Part shown: positions 50,301 through 62,689 of the stretch, piece after piece
How positions within the stretch are numbered: position 1 is the stretch's first letter
Layout of the letters: the number at the start of each line of letters is the position of its first letter
Assembly (NCBI GenBank): GCA_973895155.1
Contig: OZ316892.1
Span: 12,588,238 to 12,652,237, forward strand
From: Marsupella aquatica
Lineage: Eukaryota > Plantae > Marchantiophyta
Direction: 5' to 3'
Length of the DNA: 64,000 bases
The notes under the pieces: generated by a model
Database searches by the model: none
The model's input: the letters and a program-made list of their open reading frames with translations, nothing else
Told to the model about the DNA's origin: nothing
Program-made: the position numbers and the translations under genes

Positions 50301-50733
50301 CTCCAAAGAGAGACCTTAGGCGAACATGCAGCTAGAAACTTGCAATGAACTCCACAAATAGCAACATGTCAAAGCTCTAGAATCACTTGTTCACATTGAC
50401 AGAGAACGAGAAGAAGAAAGAGCCCGGTGGCTGAGATAGCTCCATGTTTAATTCAAACAAAAAAAAAAGGGAAACCCCAAAAGTCACATCGAATGAATTT
50501 GAACAACTACTACTTCACACGCTCTGGGAACGAGAGAAAGAGAAAGAGAAGAAGAAGAAGAAGGAAGAGACCCATTGGCTGAGATCGACGTTAAACTCGT
50601 AGAAGGTGACATGGGCAGCAGTAGTGAGAATATCCTCCACATGCCGGTCCATGCGCTGCAACACCGTAAGGTTCAATTCCCGTGTGCTCTGCTGATCCAG
50701 CATCGGCATCGGCTTACCATTTTGCCCCGTCAT
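47341..50733 (-). CDS. DCP1: mRNA-decapping enzyme subunit 1 (EVH1 domain, Pro-rich linker, C-terminal trimerisation helix), 8 exons, 357 aa
   Basis: Exons 50733-50572, 50221-50181, 50066-50017, 49698-49554, 49182-49126, 48865-48739, 48585-48151, 47397-47341; in phase. Motifs LNLTVLQRMD, AAHVTFYEF, WSRKDVEGSLFVVKR, PRFQFIVMNRRS, PYLLYRN..EVNGIWFYN, PLLQPFPPP, SDHFIDMVY. Confidence 0.96.
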
Positions 50734-51217
50734 ATCTACCTGCAGATCCCACCCCGTCCGGTCTGGGTCACTCCAGAAAGCCACCCAACTCACTCACTCA
50801 CTCACTCACTAACTTTCTCAGTCAACAACAACACGAAACCAGCTTCTTCGCATCTTCTTTCCGCTGTTCCTTAATTTCTACCTTCCCTATCGAGTTCCCA
50901 TCCATCTCCGCTCGATTTCCACTTGCGATGTCCGAACCCGCTTTTCCGCCCTGCCTCTAAACCCTCTCTTCTTTTCAATTGCGTGACCTTCCAAGCCTCG
51001 TTCCTTCAGCTTCCGCTTCTGCTTCTGCTCCTTTCCAGTCCGCACCTGCCCTCGTCGCAATTGTGTCGAGACGAGGATGACATTTGGCGATTCTACCCAG
51101 CAAAAACGCTTTAGTTTCTGCTCTCTGTTCACGGAATACGGTAGCCTCGTCGAAGCACAACAATTGTACAATCTCACGTCCAATTTCGCCGTATGACACT
51201 ATGACCAGCTTTACTAA

Positions 51218-52409
51218 TAAGGGTGGCTTTACACGAAGTTTGGGGCACAAATGCTCACTGTTCACCGTTTGCAAACGTCATAAGGTCAGATCCATTATTT
51301 GCATACGCTAAAGTTAAAAATGCCTGACCCAAAATGTGTGAGGTCTACAGTAGAGAGAGAATAAATGCATGATCATCAATAGAAATGGATCAAGAGTGGT
51401 CCATTTTTTAGACCACCTAGAGGAGGCTTTACAAGATGTCAGGGACAGAAGTCACCCTTCACCCATGGCCAACGTGAGGTCCAATGCATAGACTAAAGTT
51501 AAAAAACGTTTGAGCCAAATGGTGTGGGGTATAGAGACAATAAATGCAAGATTGTCAATTGAAATGGACCAAGTGGTCCATTTTTTAGACCACCTAAGGG
51601 GGCTTTACAAGAACTCAGGGGCAGAAGTTAGCCTTCACCCATGGCCAACCTGAGGTCCATTGCACACACTAAAGTTAAAATGCTTGAGCCAAAATGTGTG
51701 GTGTGGAGAAACTAAATGCAAGATCCTGAATAGAAATGCACCAATTGGCCCATTCTTTAGACGACCATAGGGTGGAGTTTACAAGATGTGTAAGGCATGT
51801 TGTCTTCTTTTCATTCCCTCTCAGATTGAATGCAGACCATATAATGAGTTTAAACTCAAGTATGTCACTTCCATACAAGAGATACATCACTTGCAATGAA
51901 CTGTAGGGTCATTTTATTCATTTTGAGAAAGAGTTATTAAGATGTTTATGGAAATAAAGGAGTTTTTACTGAAATCTCATCTCATGTGTGATAATATGAT
52001 TATTGTTGCACACTTCTTAAAAGTGATTAATGGGAGTCATAACTAACCCAAACCTTTTGCATATGATGTTTGGCCCCCCATACAATGACCCTAGTGGAAA
52101 TTGCTGTAGGTGGCTTACAAGCACTGGGGACCCATTCAACTGTGGTGTCTTCTAACCCTGCATGGCAAGCAGTGGGCCTGGATAAATGCTAACATGGAGT
52201 GCTTATTTTGTCTAGAAGTTTAGATGACCTCGAGAGGTGGGCCAAATATTTCCAAACTTTGGAATTTGCATTTATTGGACCTTCATTTCAGAAGATCTTT
52301 GGTATGCGTGTAGTCTATGTTGAGAACAAGAAGTGCTGACTGGCCTTCGAGTTTGCTTTGGTGAAAAAAGTTCACAAGTGCTCCCAAATGTCTTGTAAAG
52401 CCACCCTTA
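51218..52409. mobile_element. Putative non-autonomous TIR element with ~180-200 bp internal tandem repeats (x~3.5, 51215-51790)
   Basis: Left end taagggtggctttacacgaagtttggggcac; right end, reverse-complemented, taagggtggctttacaagacatttgggagcac. The ggctttacaaga motif recurs at ~51424, 51602 and 51776. Confidence 0.5.
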
Positions 52410-54356
52410 TAGTGGTCTAAGACTTTTGATATAAAACGCATGGCCATATCATTAATGAAAGGGACCCACAAGAGGCCCACTAGTGATGACTAAGATTGGT
52501 AATGATTTTGCCAGATTGTGCCCCCAGTCCATTTCAAGTGCCTATTCCCACATTTCAATGGCTAGGATTGCATTTCAAACATAGAAAAAGACTGGCCTCC
52601 AAGTTTGTGTGAAGGGTGTTGTGGAGTGCTTGGATGGCTTTATAGCATATATATAGGGGCACTTGTCACTTGAAGACAATGCAAATACGCCCAACAAAAG
52701 TTTGGAAATGTTTGGACGACATCTGGAGGTGTTATAGAATTCTAGGCCACCTCCAGAAAGAAGCGCTCCACTCAACATTTACTTGGGCCCACTCCTTGCT
52801 AAGTAGGATCCGTGGACACTTACCACACCTGAGTGGGCACTGACTTCTTGTAAAGCCAATTGTAAGTTGTCAGTTCCACGCAATATGCACCAAACCCCCA
52901 ATGTCTAGCTTGTAAAGGAAGCACTGCACGGTCTCCGTCGGCCATACCCAACAGTAACACTCAAGTGTCAGGGATTTCACCCCTATACAAAATACATTCA
53001 GTCTATGGTAGATATGTTATGCAATAGACACAGCCATGGATTGAGTTTGTCATGGAAGGGATCTTTGTCGACCTTGGACCATTGGTGATAAGGGACTGCT
53101 CCCTCTCCTACTATAGCTAAAATGCTCATGACAAAATGTTGTTTTTGTCACAAGAAGACCCTCCCTCATGCTGTATGTTTTATCATCTTGCCCTATATTT
53201 TCCCTCTATATTCTTGAGTGGCTTTAATATCCTTGACAACCTTACTTAATTCCATACACTTGGTGTGCAGCCAGGTCCCAATGCTAGGACTTCACTTCAT
53301 TTACTCACTAAACCGCTAGTGTGGTTGTTTACTAGGTTAGATACACACCTTCTTCATTTCTTGGTGTATTGACAGGATGTTATGCATCAATGCAATTGGA
53401 AACCAAACCACAGACACATAAACACTGAGCAAATTAAAGGTTTAGATACATATGGACTATGGTAAGGCTTGTATTCATAGGCCCGTGAGTAGCGTCGGCA
53501 ACAAGGTCAACAATTATACCCTTCTATTTTAAAAATCCACAGGGAAAATCATAGTCGTTTAGGGTCTCAGGGAAATCCTCAACTCCCACTTGGGAATCTA
53601 TATATGGGCTGTTTCTCCTTTCTTTGCCCTGGAGAGATTGGCATTGAGGGCTTTCTTGGGATGATATAATCATTGCCTAAGCTTCAGCCTTCATTCTGGA
53701 CTTCCCCAACTAACTACAGTTTGACCTTTGGTCAATGTCGGCTTTGTCCCCCTCACAAGCTATCAGAGTTCATTGTATTTTAGAGTGGTTTCACAATAGG
53801 TATGGTCCCGTTGTCTTCCTTTTATTTCCTTTGACATTAAACTTGGATCATATAATGAATGGAGGCTACACTTGGCTTTACGAGAATGTAAAGCCAAGTT
53901 TAACTTGGGGGGGGCATTTAGGCATGGTGTCTACCTCTACTACATGGCAAGCAATGGGCCCAAGTACATACTGACGTGGAGGCTTAGGTTTTTCTAGGCA
54001 AAGATGGAGTTACATCTCAACCAAGGTAAGAACAGTTTGATGGTACCATGAAAAATCCCCCTATCTTTTTGGAAAGTTGGTCACCATAAAGTCAAAGTTT
54101 GGTTTTGGGGGCCAATCAAGTCTCTCCGGCAGGAAAAGTTATTGGTTGATAAGGCTTTTGGGGGAAAGTATTTGTATGATGTATACAAATTTCACTAATG
54201 CTTATGGAGCTTTCTTAAATGAGCTCCAATGCAAAAGGGGATTAGTCAGATGCAAAGCAAGCAGGAAGTTATACCAAGGGGAAGTGGTATCACAAGTGGG
54301 GCAAATGACCACGTCAAGCAGCATAGATAAGAGGACAATGTGAAACGGGATATGAA

Positions 54357-54536
54357 ACTACAGACAAGTGCTTAAAAATATTATGTTTATACTTGCATGC
54401 TCTTAGGGGAAGAACTTATCAAAGAATTGGACATATATTAAATGTTACTACAGACAAGTGCTTAAAAATATTATGTTTATACTTGCATGCTCTTAGGGGA
54501 AGAACTTATCAAAGAATTGGACATATATTAAATGTT
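54357..54536. repeat. Exact ~90 bp tandem duplication
   Basis: actacagacaagtgcttaaaaatattatgtttatacttgcatgctcttaggggaagaacttatcaaagaattggacatatattaaatgtt x2. Confidence 0.95.
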
Positions 54537-54667
54537 TTCCTGGACATTGTTCCAATCTTCTTTCCACTAATTTCAATGCTAAGTAGCCCTTGCCCTTGTT
54601 TGAGCACGATATTCCATGCCGATGGCCACAATTCCATTCAATCCATGATTAAGAGCTGTAGTTCAAT

Positions 54668-55590
54668 TTGTTTGTAGAGGACCAAGTACTGCTGAAGGGA
54701 GTTCATGCTTGCCAACAAGTTCCAGTGCCACTAAGCTCTAGCTATAGTGACTGTACAGCAATTGAAGAATTTGACAAAGAAGTCAAATTGCTAAGTGACA
54801 AGGAGAATAGCAGGAAGCAAAACATTGACAACCACAAGTCAATGGGAAAAAAGCACGCAAAGAAGACCACATATGACAAGGGTTCAAGGCTCATTGTAGA
54901 TAACAATCATGTTGCTTCACTTATTCAGGATTTTAAGAAGTACTTCATGGAGTTAAGTAGGGGTAGGAAGAAAAAAGCCAAGTGGATAATCCCTAACAAG
55001 GTATGGACCAATGCTTACATGGACTGTAGAAAGACATTTCCTAGGTCTACATGCATTCAAACCAGAGAGCCACAAGATTCATTTGCGAGAGGCCAGCATT
55101 GACTGAATCACAGTCTAGAGTAAATCATCTAGAGGGTGAGAACACTCAACGGGGTTGTGAATTGCATGATGGTGCAGAGATGAGAGCATTGTACAACACA
55201 AATAGTTTCCTACATTGGAATATTCTACAAGTATGGGAGAGAAGCATGAACATGAGTGTTACTAGAAAACCCAAAGAGACTTGTGATGCAACATCAACAA
55301 GAAAGAACACACTAGTCCTCCAACACAATAGCCAGAGAAAGAGGCACAGATGAGGAGATCAGGGTATTATTGGTTGAGGCCAGTCGTGAAGAGTCCATTA
55401 CCAGAAGAGTCTTCTGCAAGACTTGAAGACGTTGATGCCAGATGCATTGAATCTTCTGCCAGGTGTGAGGAGGCACACAATTGAGAAAGGTGTTCCAGTA
55501 CAAGCAATACATTTGGCTGAGATTGGCCTTTTGGAGAACCAAAGAGATGTAGGACTACTCAACAATTATGAGTCTATGGAGAAGTGCTAA
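54668..55590 (+). pseudogene. Decayed coding-like remnant (basic, possibly a Myb/SANT-like TE accessory protein)
   Basis: 144-codon Lys-rich frame (..DFKKYFMELSRGRKKKAKWIIPNKVWTNAYMDCRKTFP..) followed by stop- and frameshift-interrupted A/G-rich sequence. The family assignment is only a resemblance. Confidence 0.25.
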
Positions 55591-56245
55591 ACTGTTTTCC
55601 TCACAACTACAAAAAAATTCATGTTCGCTTGCATGGCACTGATAACATATGCAAATTGTAGCAACCATTGCAATAGCCAATGCACTACTTTTTCAATCAG
55701 GCTTCATTGTGCATGAGTTGGCAGCTATATTGGGCTTCAAGTGAACCTTCATCCACATCTCAATTATAGACGATTGGTGGCTATATCCTGCTTCAAGAAT
55801 CTTTTTACATTTGACAAATTGATTGCCTTCTCGAGTAGAATGGAAAACATTGATTGAGAGTGAGATTTTAAGTGCCAGGAACAGTATCTTTTCATTTTCC
55901 TACACCCAATGAATACTAGATGTATTATGTCACTAAGTTTTATCCATAGCTATATTAGTTTCACATTTTGTGACAACTTGATTTAAATGAAGAACAACAT
56001 TATTGTAACATGGATGGATTGGGAATGAGTGTTTGTGGTCTTCCATTTGTTATTTGAGGGTTTTATTGTTACATTTAGATGAATTAGGGTCTTACACCTA
56101 GGTGATAACCATCACCCTGGTTGTGTCTTGATGAAATTATCAAAGTTTATCCAAGATTGGGATTTGTTTGCTTAGCTTTAAATAGTGTTTGTTCCTACCA
56201 GTGCTTTGGCTTTAACTGGTGTTCATTCCTACTTGTGCTTAGCTA

Positions 56246-57186
56246 CACTGCTCACCATAATTAGTGTTATGTCCAAATTAGTGTTAGTCACACTAATTTA
56301 TGTTACCCTGATCCGAAAGCAATAGTAACACTAATTGTTGTCGGTTTTCAAATTATTACTTTTTGATTTTGTTTGAATGTTTTTGTTTAACATACAACCG
56401 AGAGCATCTGGAGATGAGAGCTCTGTAGTCGTGGAGGGCTAGAGCATCTATTAGGGATCTGAGGGCTCTGCAACATGTCCTCATGCAATCATTTTTGGAG
56501 GTTTTATTAACATCCAACAGTATAGCATTTGGAGGTGTGGAGAGCTCTGTAATGGTGGAGGGCTAAAGCATCTATTAAGGATCTTAGGGCTACACAAGAA
56601 CAATGGAGGGCTCCGCAACATTTCCTCACGCAATCCCCTCTAGCATCAAGTAGCGGAGGCTCGAGCGGAGGCCTCCACAATGCAACTTTCTCTGATGCTA
56701 GCCAGATCAGCAACGATCAACAACAACCCAGATAGATTCCAATAGCAGCAGAGGTAGCAACAACGACCCAAGCTAGCAACTTGAACTTCACAGCACGTGC
56801 AACTGTTCAGCAACGCAATAGCAACTCACGTTCAGCAGCACAATAGCAACAGCAATCAACTTGGCAGTAGGACTACAAGGATTGATTGAGCAATACTAAC
56901 AACCGGGCAGCATCAATGTTAATCTGAATGAGAGTGACGATTGAATACCCTAACAAAAGAGCCTGTGATGAGAGGCCTGGTTGCCAAGAACACTTGAAGT
57001 CCCACCATTCTGGCACTGCCCGATACAAGTAGACAAGCCACATGAATTAGTGTTACGTAACATTATTTGGCGCACGCGGAAATAATGTTTGCTTGGAATT
57101 AGTGTGACTAACACTGATTCACGAGTAGATCCTGAAAACAGACGCTCTCAAATTAGTGTTAGTCACACTAATTACGGTGAACAGTG
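56246..57186. mobile_element. Non-autonomous DNA transposon, 941 bp, CACTG...CAGTG termini, TA on both flanks
   Basis: Left ta|cactgctcaccataattagtgt; right, reverse-complemented, ta|cactgttcaccgtaattagtgt (20/22 match). Subterminal palindrome aattagtgttagtcacactaatt near both ends; internal ~123 bp duplication at 56400-56635. Confidence 0.85.
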
Positions 57187-57934
57187 TAGAAATACTTGAG
57201 AATGTTACATGTTATCAACAGATTGTTTGGTTTCTCGAGTGAAAGTAAACCATTAATTGAGTGCTTAGCATTAGTTTTGAAGTAATCTATTCAAAATCTA
57301 TATACAAACATTTTGTAACTTGTTCTTTGATTTATTTACTGACTTAAAGGCCTAGAAAGAAGACATATGTGCTTCTACATGCTGTTCCTTCCCCACCCCT
57401 AATTGTGAGGAGAACCCCAAAGACACAAAGGTGATTCTGGGGAGATTCAGATGGACACTAACAAAACTAAAACAAACCATTCTTAAAGAACTGTGAACAT
57501 ATTGTAGGAATATTAGTCAAAGTTTGATTTGTGTCCATCATGTTTCTGTCCATCCATCACATGTCTTTCTGTCCATCAAAGCACCTTGTCAAACCTTTTA
57601 TTGTGAGTATAGACGAGTGTCTGTTCAATCCTTTCTTTCCTAATTGTGACTTTCATTGTAATACTGGCCATTTAATTAAATGCCTTAAAGTCATCAAAGC
57701 ACTCTGTCAAACCTTTTGCTGTGAGTCTATCCATCTTAGTACCTTCCTAAAGCTTTCTTTCCTGACTGTGACATACTTTGTAACATTGGCCATTTCAGTA
57801 TCTCATCAAACCTTTCTTTCCTGGTTGCGACGCTTGTTGTTATATTGGCCACTCACTTAAAAACCCCAGCCCAAGCACTTCACACATAGACATCATGTAA
57901 AATAGCTGAATTGTCAACCCTAAGTTATCCATTT

Positions 57935-58305
57935 TAGTCTTGCGTGTGCAGAGTCCTAGCGTTTCCAAACTTTTATGGCAAAAGGCTAATGGCCTCTTGC
58001 ATGTGCAGAGTCCTAGAGTCCTTGAATTTCCTGTCCTCAACTGAACCACTTTGGTCCCTAGCATATCAACTTTTATAGTAAAAGGCTAAAGGCTGTCTTG
58101 AATGTGCAGTCCTCGAGTTTCCATATTTATATAGTAAAAGGCTATGGGCTGACTTGCAGGGTCCTCAAGTTTCCAAACTTTTATACCCTAAGGCTAAGGG
58201 CTGTCTTACATGTACCAAAAGGCTAAGGGCTGTAATGCGGGGTCCTGCATTTTCAGACATTTTACGGCAAAAGGCTATAAGGGCTGTCTTGCATGTGCAG
58301 AGTGG
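57935..58305. repeat. Degenerate tandem repeat, ~40-100 bp spacing, ~6 copies
   Basis: Recurrent aaaaggctaa.ggctgtcttgcatgtgcagagtcct..gtttcca.actttta. Confidence 0.8.
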
Positions 58306-58454
58306 TTGAGTTTTTTCTTGCCCTCAACTGGAACTGGTGTCATTCCAGCATAGACTAAGATTTTTATGCCTCAATCTCCTCCTTAATCAGGCCTGAAGGC
58401 ATATGTGGTGGATACCTAGGGGTAAGGGCAAGAAATTTTGCAGCCCTTGAGGTT

Positions 58455-58700
58455 CTGAAAATTGAATAAAACTGGAGGAGGTTCAGGCAGCAATGCTCAC
58501 AGAAATTCAGTTTATAGTTGGCAGATTTTGTGGAGAGTAGGAATCCAGTTCACAATCAGCATTGAAAATTGAATACAACTGGAGAAGGTTCACTAGCAGC
58601 AAAGTTCACACAGAAATCCAGTTCATACTTGGCAGATATTCTGGAGAATAGAAATCCAAATCACAATCGGCAAAATGGCAGATTCTGTGGAGAATTAATA
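58455..58700. repeat. ~110 bp imperfect duplication downstream of LHCB5
   Basis: tgaaaattgaata.aactggag.aggttca..cagcaa...tcac..agaaat.cagtt.ata.ttggcagat x2. Confidence 0.8.
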
Positions 58701-59568
58701 TTCGCTTTTTTTCCCCAGTTGAGGAGTGCTGAATGCTGCAAAAGAAAGGGCTCTTGACATGCGAAGGAGTGCTAAGAGCCACATCAGAAAGAGCTCTTGA
58801 CATGATTATAGAGGGTGACATGGCTGTAACAGAACTAAGCAAGACGGCCCTAGAGCATTTTGAATGGAGTTGGTTCCTGCAAGGTCTCAACCACACACAG
58901 CTAATGGCACTTCAAATTTTGTGATGCCAGTCAAACAAGAGTAAGACGTCCACTGTGGGGTGTTGGAACGACGGCAGGGATTACGCATCGAGTGCCGAAG
59001 GGAACCAAAGCTCAATCGCATGTGCAGAGATTTCAGCTTGAAGGTCATCTTAGGTGCGATGTTCCTGTTCGTTTCCAAGTAGTGCCAAGTGTGACTTCAG
59101 AGCATATTACCTTCACTACTTTCAAGACATTAAATTCAAATTCTGAATGAAGCTCCGCTGGAGTAGATCATTCGTGTTGGACGTAACGAAATGTACTACA
59201 CATCCACTTCCAAAAGGATATTATTGGATTGTATAGAATTATTGTGCCTAGCCACCTGGCGGTAAAGGCCACCAGCACGAGCAGACGTAGTTATGGAGAT
59301 ATCATTATTGAATGGCAATTCCGGGTCCCATTTAATTTTCGTCGAATTAGCTCATACAGAGAAGTAAAGCCAGAAATGCAAGCCGTAGGATTCAACACTA
59401 CTTCACTAACTCTGGAAACGCTTCCATAATCGAATACAGACGCAAGTACACATTCAAATCCCCACGAACTGGAGTACCGGGCTAGCAGCAAAGTGTCTTC
59501 TATACAGAGTTCGTAGAGATCCTGTACCCATCGCACTAAGCAGACATGAAAATGATCCTGCAAGAAGT

Positions 59569-61345
59569 TTACAAGGTAGGTACTCTCTCAGCTGATCCTT
59601 GGAGGACCGTCAAAAGGTTGTTTCCGAAAGGATCGCTCAGGTGAGCAGACAAATTCTCGACGGGACCCTCGCCGGTAACGTAGGCTTGGATAAAGAATCC
59701 AAGCATGGAGAACATGGCCAACCTTCCGTTCTTAATTTCCTTGACCTTCAAGAGGGCGAATGTGTCTGGGTCCTTGGCCAAACCAAGGGGATCGAAGGAG
59801 CCTCCTGGATGAAGTGGGTCCAAACCCTGCACCCAATCAATTGTACGCACAAGTGTCATCCACTGAGCATTCCCAAAATAAATTAGCAGAATGAATTGAC
59901 AATGCCCACAATCCAGGGAAGAATGCTGCAATGACGAGAAATGATGAGTCGGTCTAGAATAAAATGCACTTGGTAAGGTCCAGTAATTGAAGGACGCCAT
60001 AATTAGGAGCCAGTAAATGCTGTAAGCATGTTCCAGAGCGATACTCTCGGACAAACACAAGACGAGTCTTTCCTATTCTTACAGTCCAAACAGCGTATCG
60101 AAGGTGACTGAAGCGAGATTCTGAATCAAATTGTCGACGCGAATAAAGGAACTTACCGATCCCAAAGGAGACTTGTTGGTCGATCTGTAGTACTCGGCTC
60201 CACCAACAAGGACCACTTCCGCAATGACTGCAACAGCTAGGTTGACCGGGATGGTGGCTCCAAAGTAGCTGATAGTGTTGCCATCCAAAAGCAGGGCTCC
60301 AGTCTGTCCACAAGCGAACACAAGAATTATATCGCTAAAACTTCAAATGCTGTGACCCGCCGAAGAGCAGAGAACTAGCAGATCGAACCATAGGAATGAC
60401 AAAGGAGAAAAAAAGGCCAGCGGTACGATGCCCAAAACAGACTTCACACTTGGAACAGCTGAAATGAAAAGGAATGGATGCTAGACACACAGTAAGAGGT
60501 ATGAGTGCTCCGAATGCCAAGGCAAGCGGTAATATGCTCAAAGACAGGTCACGACATCACGAGCGCTACAGGCAAACAAAAGTCGTACAAACATACCTTG
60601 AACCAAACAGCCTCCGGGCCGCAGACGGCACCGAACTTGTTGAATGCCTCCGGGAGAACGAAGCCGGCAGCTCCGAGCATGGCCCACCTGGCGTGGATCA
60701 GCTCGTACGCTTGATACTTGTCAAAGTCAGAGGGCTTCTTCGACAAACCGAATGGATCGAATCCGTAGTCTCCGGGGACTTCACCGGTGAGGTAAGCTGG
60801 AACCTCGGACTTGTCGAGAAGGCCCTCCGGAAGATATATTCTACGGTCGGGACCTGCAAAGCCAGGGAAAATGAGCCCAGCGCAATAGCGAATGTTAGTA
60901 AATTGACACATAGCGAATGTTGGCAAATTGACAGTCTAGACAACAACCTTCCTGCCTTGCCACTAAGTTCCTCACAGTACCGCATTTGAACAAACATCAA
61001 CAGCTCTCTACCTCCTCCTCACATTGGTATGTACGCCCCTCTCACAATGAATCCTCCTTCTCAAATCTGCCACCTCGTCCGTCGAAACCTGAAGAATTTA
61101 GCTGACCCAGCCACATTACAGGAGCGTACAGCGACGACTGACTTACCATACCACTTCGCCAACTCTTCATTGGCAGGGCTGGCGGACTTCTTCGGTGCTG
61201 GCTTCTTCTTCTTCTGCCCAAAGACAGCCACAGTCTGCACTCTCGAGACAGAGGAGCTGGCGACGGAGGTCGGGGAAGCCGAAATGCTCCGCCCGAAAAT
61301 CTCAGACCTGGCGAGAACTGAACTCGAAGCCGCCATCGCTGCCAT
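59569..61345 (-). CDS. LHCB5: Light-harvesting chlorophyll a/b-binding protein CP26 with chloroplast transit peptide, 4 exons, 286 aa
   Basis: Exons 61345-61147, 60853-60597, 60303-60157, 59826-59569. Motifs [103 protein letters not shown]. Confidence 0.97.
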
Positions 61346-61637
61346 CTTGATTCGTTCGTCCTTCCACAATACAATGCGATGTCACGTACCGAGGGAAGAT
61401 CGAGGAAGCGAGCTCTTCTGCTGAGCTATTTGTTGGATGCGAGAGAGGAGAGGAGAGGAGAGGTGTTGCGAAATGGGGCCAAATGCTGGAAAAGGGCGGA
61501 GATCCTCCGCCATAGCCAAACCAGCCACTAGTACCGTACCCATATCCATACAGGGCCCCACTTTGCGCCATCGCGCAGAATTCGACTGTTATCTGACTCC
61601 TGATTTGCTGGAGGCACGCGCCAGAGGATTTCATGCA

Positions 61638-62600
61638 GACTGGGAGTGGGGGCGGAGTGAATGAGTGTAGTACGTCGCCAATCCATGGAACCTACCGTAC
61701 TTCAGAATGGCTCAGAGCTCAGAAAGACGTTACAGTACTCTCTCTGGATGGCGCAGAGAATGATTTCGCACTTACTGGGAGTGGGGGGCGGATGAAGGAC
61801 GACGGGGATCCATGGAGCCAATGGAACGAGGGGCACAAGATCGAGGGAAGGGATTACTCTCGACGAATGACTTCCCTTACTACTTCGTCTCGAATGAGTA
61901 GTAAGTAGACTGGGAGTGGGGGCGGAGTACAGGACAGGAGTGGCGTGGATCCATGGAGCCTGTGGAAGGAAGGGGGCAAGATGGAGGCAAGATATCACTC
62001 TGTATGGATGATGCAGAGTAGTATTTCATACGAACTCGAGTGCCCTGTCAATAATCATACATCAAAATATGATATACACTAAAAATAACAAGGTTTATCA
62101 TCATATCGAGAAATATTGAAGAGTATTTTAATGTGCATTTGCCAAAACCCCTGAGAATGGGGGCGGAGTACATGACAATAGTACGTCAATGATCCATGGA
62201 ACTTACAGTACTTCAGAAGGGCACAGGAATACATTACAGTACACTATGGATGACTTGCAGGCTGGGAGTGGGGGCGGAGTACAAGACACGAGTATGCAGT
62301 GGATCCATGGAACCCAATGAAGGAAGGGGGCAGAGTAGGATTTACAAGGACTGGGAGTGCGGGTGGATGAAGGATAGTAGTATGCACAGGATCCATGGAG
62401 CCAATGGAACGAAGGGCACAATATCGAGGGAAGAGACATTACTCTCTATGGATGACGAACAGTAGGATTTCATACAGACTGGGTGTGGGGGGCCAGAGGG
62501 GGAAGGATGAAGGACAGAAGGATGGGGTGGGTCCATGGAGCCTGTAGAATACAGGACACAACATGGAGGGGAGACATTACTCCCTGTGGATGACGCAGAG
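61638..62600. repeat. Degenerate tandem array upstream of LHCB5 (~85-135 bp units, ~7 copies) carrying GGGGCGG motifs
   Basis: actgggagtgggggcggagt...gatccatgga recurs at ~61638, 61774, 61908, 62155, 62262, 62349 and 62477. Confidence 0.88.
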
Positions 62601-62689
62601 CCGGCAGAGCAAAGGAAAGCAAAGGGATGAGTGCAATCAGGAGAGGCCAGTCAGAGGGGCTTGGGCAGGGTTGTGAGTGTAAAATGCTT

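Noticed and set aside
36519-50733. MSH2 and DCP1 as a functional gene cluster
   Set aside because: Unrelated pathways, separate promoters and repeat-filled spacer; ordinary eukaryotic neighbours.
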